In this document: positions 56,558 through 64,000 of the stretch, one piece after another | Numbering within the stretch: position 1 is the stretch's first letter | Layout: each line of letters begins with the position of its first letter | Assembly: GCA_964411375.1 (NCBI GenBank) | Contig: CAYPKR010000002.1 | Location: forward strand, 129,960 to 193,959 | DNA length: 64,000 nucleotides | Reading direction: 5' to 3' | Origin: an uncultured Candidatus Saccharibacteria bacterium | GTDB taxonomy: Bacteria > Patescibacteriota > Minisyncoccia > Phycocordibacterales > UBA12088 | Translations under genes and position numbers: made by a program | Notes under the pieces: model-generated | Database searches by the model: none | Seen by the model: the letters and a program-made list of their open reading frames with translations, nothing else | What the model was told of the DNA's origin: nothing

Positions 56558-57823
56558 TTAGTAACTCTTAAGTTGCTTCGCCTTGTCATGCGTGCGAATC
56601 TTATCAATCGCCTTCGCTTCAATTTGGCGAATACGTTCGCGAGTCACACCGAATTCTTTTCCTACTTCTTCGAGTGTGTGATAAATGCCGTCTTCGAGTC
56701 CATGACGCATTGCGAGAATTTTTCGCTCCTTAGGACTAAGGTCATCGAGAATTTCTTTGATTTGATCGGCAAGGATGCGGCGTGCTGTTTCCTGATCAGG
56801 AAGCAAGATTTTATCATCCGCAATAAAGTCGCCGAGCGTCGTCTTGTCGTCATCATCACCGATTGGAATTTCAAGAGACACTGTATCCTGATTGATTTTC
56901 TCAATCATATGAATCTTATCGACTTCGACATTCATTTCTGCCGCAATTTCTTCGGGAAGCGGATCACGACCGAGGTCTTGCGAAAGTCTTCGGTAGACCT
57001 GCTTGTATTTTGCGATCGTTTCAACCATGTGAACGGGAATACGAATGGTGCGCGATTGATCGGCAAGCGCGCGAGTGATCGCCTGACGAATCCACCACGT
57101 CGCGTAGGTGGAGAATTTGTAGCCCTTGGTGTAGTCGAATTTATCAACCGCCTTGAAGAGACCGAGATTTCCTTCCTGAATGAGGTCGAGGAGTGTGAGA
57201 TCAGGAGAGCGACCAATATATTTCTTTGCGATCGAGACGACGAGACGGAGGTTGGCACGTGCAAGGAGATTTTTTGCTTCGATATCGCCTTCCATCACGC
57301 GCTTTGCGAGTGTGCGCTCTTCTGAAGTTGAAAGAAGTGGGTACTGACCGATTTCTCGAAGATACATTTGGATCGAGTCGTATGCAGAATCGCCGCCGCC
57401 CCGCTTGTAGCTATTTCGCTTATCGAGCATTGCATCCGTTTCGGTATCATCCAAAAGATTGCCGCCTTCAAGAATATCGATTGAGGCAGTGTTGAATTTT
57501 TCGTAGAGATCATCGAGGAACATGACATCTTCCTCAATCTTTGGAAATTCTTTGAGAATTTCATCGTAGGTTACGTAGCCGCGCTCTTTTCCTTTTACCA
57601 AGAGGCGCTCTGCTTTGACCGCGATCTCATCTTTGGAAAGTTTTTTTCCGGGAATCGATTTTGGTTGGTTTTTTGCATTTGCTTTTGGCGCAACCTTTTT
57701 AAGCGGTTTTTTGGAAGCCACTTTTGGTTTTTTCACGATCTTCTTTGCCGGCTTTTTTGGAGCAGATTTCTTTGCGGCTTTTTTGATCGGTTTCTTTTTA
57801 GTTGCCTTTGCTTTTTTTGCCAT
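56558..57823 (-). CDS. rpoD: Primary sigma factor
   Basis: [31 protein letters not shown] and TRERIRQIE motifs. Confidence 0.97.
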   Translation of the reverse strand: MAKKAKATKKKPIKKAAKKSAPKKPAKKIVKKPKVASKKPLKKVAPKANAKNQPKSIPGKKLSKDEIAVKAERLLVKGKERGYVTYDEILKEFPKIEEDVMFLDDLYEKFNTASIDILEGGNLLDDTETDAMLDKRNSYKRGGGDSAYDSIQMYLREIGQYPLLSTSEERTLAKRVMEGDIEAKNLLARANLRLVVSIAKKYIGRSPDLTLLDLIQEGNLGLFKAVDKFDYTKGYKFSTYATWWIRQAITRALADQSRTIRIPVHMVETIAKYKQVYRRLSQDLGRDPLPEEIAAEMNVEVDKIHMIEKINQDTVSLEIPIGDDDDKTTLGDFIADDKILLPDQETARRILADQIKEILDDLSPKERKILAMRHGLEDGIYHTLEEVGKEFGVTRERIRQIEAKAIDKIRTHDKAKQLKSY

Positions 57824-57885
57824 ATAGAAATTTAGATAAATAGAGAGAAATGCGCTACGAGAAAGCGCACCAGAAGGCTATAATG

Positions 57886-59619
57886 CTATATTTTCGCCTG
57901 TTTTGCAAGTGTTTTTGAGAGTGTATGGATTTCGGTAAGTAGACGCTCGGTCTCCCCTTTTTCTCCAGCCGCTTCGGCATCGCGAAGCATTCTTTCCTTT
58001 TCTCGAAGCGTATCTTTAAGAACATCAACACGAAGACGCTCTAACATTTCCTCAATAATAGGAGAAGGCTGTTTTTCTGAAAGTACTTGGTCTCCCTCAA
58101 ACAACGCTTCCGCATCATCTTCCGCACGAGCGACTACCGTCGCAATCTTTTCTTCACCGATAATATTGGCAAACAAGGATGAGACCGCTTCCCTATCGAA
58201 GGCTGGTTCAGTTTTTGTAGATTCCGAAAACAAGAGTGCGGCGATAAGTCGAATGATACGCTCACGGGAATTAATTGCCGGTGGGCGAGCGGATGGTTCA
58301 GATACTTCATCTGATTGCGTATCTTGAATGACATTTGCAGATACCGTGCGAAGTTCGTCCCACACTGCTTCCTCGCGAACACCAAGAAATGTTGAAACTT
58401 TTCCAACAAAGTGTGCTTGATCCAAGGGACTCGCAATACTTTTGATGAACGGAAGTACCACTTCCTTCGTGCGCATCTCTCGCTCGCGTGGCGGCAAGTT
58501 TTCTGCCGCAATTCTTCCGATGTGAAAATCAATCACTTGTTTTGATTCGCGGATCGCTTGCTTCCAAAGATTTGGGTCTTCCTTTACGGCGTCTGCCGGA
58601 TCTTTGCCCGACGGAACACTGGCGATTTTTACATCCATTCCTTTTTGGAGCGCGAGTATTGCTCCTCTTGTTGCTGATGCAATTCCTGCAGAATCAGCAT
58701 CAAATGCCATCACCACATTTTTTGATAGCCGAGAAAGGAGTTCGAGGTGCTGATCGGTGAGACCAGTTCCTGAAACGGCAACGGTGTTGGGGAAACCACC
58801 CTGATGCGACATAAGAAGATCCATTTGTCCTTCAACGAGAATAGAAAAGTTGTAGCGACGAATCGCATTCTTCGCTTTCGAATATCCGTAGAGAACCGCG
58901 CTTTTGTTAAAGAGCTCTGTTTCTGGACTATTCAAATATTTGGGTGCTTTGCCGGAGTGATCATCGGGAAAGAGACGACCAGAAAATGCAATCACTCGAT
59001 CGCTCGTGTCGAATATCGGAAACATGATACGCGAGCGAAATCGATCGTATGGTTCACTGTTTGAACCATCCTCATCACTTTTTTTGATGAGTCCAACTGA
59101 TAACAATTCCTCATCCGTAAATCCTTTTCCTCGTAGATAGGTACGAAGTATTCTCCAGTCCTTCGGCGCGTATCCTACTTTCCATTCAGTTGCGGTTTTC
59201 TCGAGTAGACCTCGTCCCGCAAGATATTTTTTGGCGTCAGAATTCTCCGCGTATTCACGCACAAAGAATTCGACCGCTTCATTCATTACTACGTACAAGC
59301 GGTCAGTTTTCTTTCGTTCTTCCGGGTTTTCGGGCGTAAGCTTTATCCCCGCCTTCTCTGCCAAAATTTTTAGGGCACCCTTGAAATCAACTCCTTCCAT
59401 TTCCTGAACGAATGTAAATGCGTCTCCGCCTTTTTGAGTCGAAAAGCAGTAGTAGGAATTTCGCTCGGGCGAGACAAAGAAGGATGGCGTTTTTTCCTTT
59501 TTGAATGGCGAAAGTCCTTTGTAGTTCTTCCCTGCCTTCGTGAGCTTCACGTACTGCCCCACTACTTCGACAATATTCAGCCGTTCTTTGATTTCCTGTA
59601 CCTGCAAATTCCCTGCCAT
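57886..59619 (-). CDS. dnaG: DNA primase
   Basis: EKTPSF, YDRFRSRIMFPI, KYLNSPET, VEGQMD and FDADSAG motifs. Confidence 0.97.
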   Translation of the reverse strand: MAGNLQVQEIKERLNIVEVVGQYVKLTKAGKNYKGLSPFKKEKTPSFFVSPERNSYYCFSTQKGGDAFTFVQEMEGVDFKGALKILAEKAGIKLTPENPEERKKTDRLYVVMNEAVEFFVREYAENSDAKKYLAGRGLLEKTATEWKVGYAPKDWRILRTYLRGKGFTDEELLSVGLIKKSDEDGSNSEPYDRFRSRIMFPIFDTSDRVIAFSGRLFPDDHSGKAPKYLNSPETELFNKSAVLYGYSKAKNAIRRYNFSILVEGQMDLLMSHQGGFPNTVAVSGTGLTDQHLELLSRLSKNVVMAFDADSAGIASATRGAILALQKGMDVKIASVPSGKDPADAVKEDPNLWKQAIRESKQVIDFHIGRIAAENLPPREREMRTKEVVLPFIKSIASPLDQAHFVGKVSTFLGVREEAVWDELRTVSANVIQDTQSDEVSEPSARPPAINSRERIIRLIAALLFSESTKTEPAFDREAVSSLFANIIGEEKIATVVARAEDDAEALFEGDQVLSEKQPSPIIEEMLERLRVDVLKDTLREKERMLRDAEAAGEKGETERLLTEIHTLSKTLAKQAKI

Positions 59620-59829
59620 ACGGAGCAATTATACCACTTTGGAAATGGCCGTTCAGAGACTATAGACAAATGTAGTTATATATGTTTTTTAATGCGTAGA
59701 TATTTTTTGTGAAAAGCTTAACGCTTTGAAATTTGATGCCTGACGCGCTCAGACATATATTCCAGAGCATGATGCGATGGGGTCTCCGTCTCTTATCCAT
59801 AAGAGCCGGCCAGCAAGGAGTGCACATTC

Positions 59830-60210
59830 ATGTTGCGTCCTCTTGGAGTTGTTTTGCTCATTTCCGCCCTCCTCTTCTCGACCGCCATTCGTGCTGAAGA
59901 AGTGGTGGTCGGCGGGAAAATAGGCTTTCTCGGCGGCTCGGTATGCCAGAGTAAGTCTGACTGGGATAAGGTTGCCGCACTGGACAAGACTTCCCATCAA
60001 CAGGGCTTGGACTATCTCCATTCCCTCTACCAGATTTCCATCAACGGTATTCCGGAATGCGTGTATCTCTCGGATACCAGCTTAACAGTCTCTGTCCTTC
60101 ATGCCCCTATAACACTGGGCGGCAGAGTGTTCTGGTTGGTGGGGTTTCAAGGCCCTCACGACCTGACGTGGTACACCCTCGTTATGAGGCTCGACGAAGA
60201 TCCGGCATGA
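59830..60210 (+). CDS. Orphan secreted protein
   Basis: AAGGAG SD, signal peptide and one Cys pair; palindrome follows. Confidence 0.7.
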   Translation: MLRPLGVVLLISALLFSTAIRAEEVVVGGKIGFLGGSVCQSKSDWDKVAALDKTSHQQGLDYLHSLYQISINGIPECVYLSDTSLTVSVLHAPITLGGRVFWLVGFQGPHDLTWYTLVMRLDEDPA

Positions 60211-60214
60211 TCCA

Positions 60215-60246
60215 AGGCTGGCGTGTGAATATTCACACGCCAGCCT
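60215..60246. repeat. Perfect 32-bp palindrome (probable terminator)
   Basis: AGGCTGGCGTGTGAAT|ATTCACACGCCAGCCT. Confidence 0.85.
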
Positions 60247-60349
60247 AACCCTTTTTATATATGTAATACCACCTCGGCTTCGGTCGGGGCGTTCTCGTTT
60301 TTGATATACTCAATCTAGAAAAGAGTTTTGAACTCGGGAGAGAAATCTG

Positions 60350-60700
60350 ATGTGGAGATGGCTCAATAACCTACTTTTCGGAAATCCGCTCATGGAGACG
60401 AAGGAAGGCGAACACGAACGCATAGTGCGCAAAATGGCACTTGATGCGGCAGCCGGGCTACCTGTTCTCTTTCCTGGAGAAACAGAAAAGGAGCGTTTGG
60501 GATTACTAGAGGGCATGAAAAGAGGTGCGAGAGGTTCGGCACACAGGATTGCCGAAAGAGAAATACGGCACCGAAACCTTGCGCTCGGTCGAAAGATTGG
60601 AGAGCGTCGTTCAAGAATTATGATGCCCGAAGATTTAGATGCACTAGTACAGAAGGTCGCCATAAAAACACGCCGAGCGCTCCGAAGAACTCCGAAATGA
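60350..60700 (+). CDS. Orphan Arg-rich protein
   Basis: GGGAG SD; 116 aa; ends at the rpoC terminator. Confidence 0.55.
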   Translation: MWRWLNNLLFGNPLMETKEGEHERIVRKMALDAAAGLPVLFPGETEKERLGLLEGMKRGARGSAHRIAEREIRHRNLALGRKIGERRSRIMMPEDLDALVQKVAIKTRRALRRTPK

Positions 60701-60719
60701 TTTGTATCGGAAAGGCGAA

Positions 60720-60751
60720 CCCGCGCCGACTTTTTCAAAAGTCGGCGCGGG
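60720..60751. terminator. Terminator after rpoC
   Basis: CCCGCGCCGACTTTT-TC-AAAAGTCGGCGCGGG. Confidence 0.8.
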
Positions 60752-60776
60752 ATTCACTTTTCAATATTCAATTGAT

Positions 60777-63700
60777 TTACTCAGAAGCAACTGAAACGCC
60801 GCCAGCCTCGCGAGGATCGTACGCCTGTTCAGCAGCAAGTGCCTCTTCGGTTGCGCGAATTTCTTCCTGAAGTTTAGCAACATGGTTGTGCTTCACGGAT
60901 CCGCCGTATCCGGTTCCTGCAGGAATGAGGCGACCGATGATGACATTTTCCTTAAGTCCACGAAGCGTGTCGACACTTCCCTTCACGGCTGCGCCGATAA
61001 GCACCTTGGTTGTGTTTTGGAATGAAGATGCAGAAAGGAAGCTCTTACGAGTGAGCGCAACTTCTGCGATACCGAGAACGAGGAGTTCCCCAACTGCAGG
61101 ATCACCACCCGCTACCTTTGCTTCTTCGTTCAACTTTTCAAGCTCCCAATCTTCGACGATGTCGCCGATGTTCAAAGCCGTTGATCCAGAATCTTTGATC
61201 TTTCGGCGAGAGAACATTTGCTTAACGATGACTTCAATGTGCTTGCGAGAAATCGTCACACCTTGGAGTTCGTAAATCTTTGATGTTTCTTGAATGATGT
61301 ATTCCTGTGCCGCTTCTTTGCCGCCATATTTGAAGAGCTCTTCAATATCGGCAGAACCGTCGGTAAGGAGCTGACCCTTCGTCACTTCTTGTCCTTCTTT
61401 TACGACAATCATGCGGCGGAAGTTTACCGAATATTCTGACATCTTACCTTTCTTTGCTTCGCCTTCAAGCGGTGTAACGACAATGATTTTTTCTTTGCCG
61501 TCGTCTTTGATTTCAGTTACGACACCATTCGTGTGCGAGACAACTGCCGGATTTTTTGGCATGCGAGATTCGAAGACTTCTTCAACACGAGGGAGACCCG
61601 TTGTGATGTCTCCACCGAGCGCCGCAACACCTCCAGAGTGGAAGGTACGCATAGTGAGCTGCGTTCCCGGCTCGCCGATTGCTTGTGCAGCAACAGTACC
61701 GATAGCTTCGCCAAGATCAACGAGTTCATTCGTGGTGAGGTCGGCGCCGTAGCAGTGCTGACACATACCGTACCCAGTCTTGCAGGTCATCGGACTGCGA
61801 ACCGTGACTGATTGAACACCTGATTTTTCGATCTTCTCTGCATCAGATCCACTGATCAAATGATTGCGATCAAAGAGTGTCTTGCCGGCTTCATCGGTAA
61901 CCGGCTTCGCGAGGAAGCGGCCTTCGATATTTTTTGCAAGCGGAATTTCAATACCGGATGCTGACTTTCGTCCGATCACCACTCCTTCTTTTGAACCACA
62001 ATCCGCTTCAGTGATGATTGCATTTTGTGCAACGTCGAAGAGGCGGCGTGTAAGATATCCAGCCTTTGCAGTGTTAAGCGCGGTGTCAGAAAGACCTTTG
62101 CGGGCGCCGTGCGTGGTGACGAAATATTCGATTGGCGAAAGTCCTTCCTTCATCGAAGCGAGAATTGGGAATTCGATCGTCTCGCCTTGCGTGTTTTGGA
62201 TGAGTCCTTTCATGCCGGCCATCTGGGTGATTTGTCCCATCGAACCGCGGGCACCTGATACAACGAGATCGTGCACCGATCCGTTTGGATCAAGCGTGTC
62301 GGGAATGAGTTTTTCGACATCGCTCTTTGCCTTGTGCCAAATTTCGATGATCATGCGGCGCTTTTCTTCGTGCGAAAGCAGACCTTCGTTGAATTGGTTG
62401 AAGACAACATCTTGTTTTGCTTTTGCTTCACGAACGATTTCCTTTTTCTTTTCAGGAATGTGGAGGTCTCCAATTGCCCAGGTAACACCCGAGCGTGTTG
62501 CATACCTAAAACCGAATGCCTTCACTTTGTCGAGCATTTCTGGAACACGACCGATGCCGTAGCGGTCGATCATTTCATTCGTAAGATTCAAGAGCGACTG
62601 CTTTTTAAGTTCTTCATTGAGGAATGGGAAATCGCTTGGAAGAACTGAGTTGAAGAGAAGTCGTCCAACCGATGTCTCGAATACTTTGCCTTCGAATGCA
62701 GCATATTTTGGAGAATCTGATGGAAGCACTTTGATTTTTGAGCGAAGTGCAATGTCGCCAAAGTCGTGCGCCATGATTGCATCATTTGGAGATGCAAAAT
62801 ACTTTCCTTCGCCTTTGTCGCCTGGAACTACTTTCGTCATCCAGTAACAACCAAGCGCGATGTCGAGCATCTTTGTTGCAACGACTGGGTCACCATTTCC
62901 TGGCTTCAAAATATTTTTAGTCGACGACATTATCTCCTTCGCTTCGAGCTGCGCTTCTTCAGAGAGCGGCACGTGCACCGCCATCTGGTCACCGTCGAAG
63001 TCTGCGTTGAACGCAGGACAAACGAGCGGATGTACCTGGATTGCGTTTCCTTCAATAAGAACTGGGCGGAATGCCTGGATACCTTGGCGGTGAAGCGTTG
63101 GTGCGCGGTTAAGAAGTACGTGCTTATCCTTGATTACTTCTTCAAGGATTGCCCACACTTCGGGAGTTCCTTCTTCAATCAAACGACCTGCGCCGCGAAT
63201 GTTATATGCGAATTCGCGTTCAAGAAGTTTTGCAATAACGAATGGTCGGAAGAGTTCAAGCGCCATGTGCTTCGGAAGCCCGCATTGATCGAGTTTGAGA
63301 TCAGGACCAACGACAATAACGGAGCGTCCTGAATAGTCAACGCGCTTTCCAAGCAAGTTCTGACGGAAATATCCTTGCTTTCCTTTCAAATAATCAGAAA
63401 GCGATTTGAGTGGACGACGCTGTGCCTGATTGATTGCACCAGCGGCAGTATTGCCATGACGAATTGAGTTGTCGAGGAGTGCATCAACTGCTTCCTGCAA
63501 GATACGCTTTTCGTTTCGAAGAATAACTTCTGGCGCGTGAATCTCAACGAGTTTCTTCAAGCGATTATTTCGGTTGATGACACGACGATAAAGGTCGTTA
63601 ACGTCAGATGTTGCATGACGACCACCTTCAAGTGCCACCATCGGACGAAGTCCTGGAGGAATAACGGGAAGCGCGGTGACGAACATCCATTCTGGACGAA

Positions 63701-64000
63701 CGCCAGAGGCAATCATCGAACGAACGAGTGAGAGACGCTTTGCAACTTTTGGACGATCTCCTGCGCCTGCCTTTTCGTATTGTGCTTCGAGTTCGACTTT
63801 GAGTTTCGGAAGATCAACTTTTTTCAAAATTTCAAAGACTGCTTCTGCACCGATTCCCGCTTCGAAGAGCGCACCGTACTTCATTGAGTGACGGTGATAG
63901 CTCATTTCGTCGAGCACTTGTCCGGGATTGATGTGTTCAATCTCTTCCTTTGCTCCGGTGAGCATTTCCTTCAGTTTCTTTTTGGTTTTTTCATCCTGCA
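60777..64000 (-). CDS. rpoC: RNA polymerase beta' subunit (5' part outside the window)
   Basis: NADFDGD, GKRVDYSGRS and GEPGTQLTMRTFH motifs; the frame stays open to the window edge. Confidence 0.99.
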   Translation of the reverse strand, partial: QDEKTKKKLKEMLTGAKEEIEHINPGQVLDEMSYHRHSMKYGALFEAGIGAEAVFEILKKVDLPKLKVELEAQYEKAGAGDRPKVAKRLSLVRSMIASGVRPEWMFVTALPVIPPGLRPMVALEGGRHATSDVNDLYRRVINRNNRLKKLVEIHAPEVILRNEKRILQEAVDALLDNSIRHGNTAAGAINQAQRRPLKSLSDYLKGKQGYFRQNLLGKRVDYSGRSVIVVGPDLKLDQCGLPKHMALELFRPFVIAKLLEREFAYNIRGAGRLIEEGTPEVWAILEEVIKDKHVLLNRAPTLHRQGIQAFRPVLIEGNAIQVHPLVCPAFNADFDGDQMAVHVPLSEEAQLEAKEIMSSTKNILKPGNGDPVVATKMLDIALGCYWMTKVVPGDKGEGKYFASPNDAIMAHDFGDIALRSKIKVLPSDSPKYAAFEGKVFETSVGRLLFNSVLPSDFPFLNEELKKQSLLNLTNEMIDRYGIGRVPEMLDKVKAFGFRYATRSGVTWAIGDLHIPEKKKEIVREAKAKQDVVFNQFNEGLLSHEEKRRMIIEIWHKAKSDVEKLIPDTLDPNGSVHDLVVSGARGSMGQITQMAGMKGLIQNTQGETIEFPILASMKEGLSPIEYFVTTHGARKGLSDTALNTAKAGYLTRRLFDVAQNAIITEADCGSKEGVVIGRKSASGIEIPLAKNIEGRFLAKPVTDEAGKTLFDRNHLISGSDAEKIEKSGVQSVTVRSPMTCKTGYGMCQHCYGADLTTNELVDLGEAIGTVAAQAIGEPGTQLTMRTFHSGGVAALGGDITTGLPRVEEVFESRMPKNPAVVSHTNGVVTEIKDDGKEKIIVVTPLEGEAKKGKMSEYSVNFRRMIVVKEGQEVTKGQLLTDGSADIEELFKYGGKEAAQEYIIQETSKIYELQGVTISRKHIEVIVKQMFSRRKIKDSGSTALNIGDIVEDWELEKLNEEAKVAGGDPAVGELLVLGIAEVALTRKSFLSASSFQNTTKVLIGAAVKGSVDTLRGLKENVIIGRLIPAGTGYGGSVKHNHVAKLQEEIRATEEALAAEQAYDPREAGGVSVASE

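Noticed and set aside
56573-57325. Long antisense ORFs over rpoD, rpoC, cyoB and the helicase
   Set aside because: These are shadow frames of conserved genes.

Overview
This 64-kb window is a chromosomal segment of a small-genome bacterium, most likely Patescibacteria/CPR (Parcubacteria-like); that assignment is inferred from gene content and style. From left to right it holds a complete cytochrome bo3 oxidase operon (cyoABCDE) and two VOC genes, then a ~10.4-kb element integrated at the 3' end of tRNA-Asn (~5369-15783). The element carries a membrane KAP NTPase, an HTH-regulated type II R-M pair, a small backbone and a large serine recombinase. After it come a candidate structured ncRNA, surface proteins, a hybrid kinase, lipid/glycosyl-modifying genes, a GT2 plus two GH26 island, a secreted tailspike-like protein, a GH130-PMI-PMM mannose module, and core genes (ung, csp, truB-like, hisS, uppP, dsbA, UvrD-nuclease, rpoD, dnaG, 3' part of rpoC). 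The most striking observation is that the recombinase's attachment site lies inside its own 3' end. Integration truncates the protein (..WLRR*), strands a 35-codon in-frame C-terminal tail at the opposite junction, and supplies the tRNA's CCA. A TTCGAAC motif is offset by exactly 5 bp between the two att arms. Also notable is a split between leaderless-type core genes and SD-led orphan gene cassettes. All family calls come from motif recognition by eye, not from database searches.
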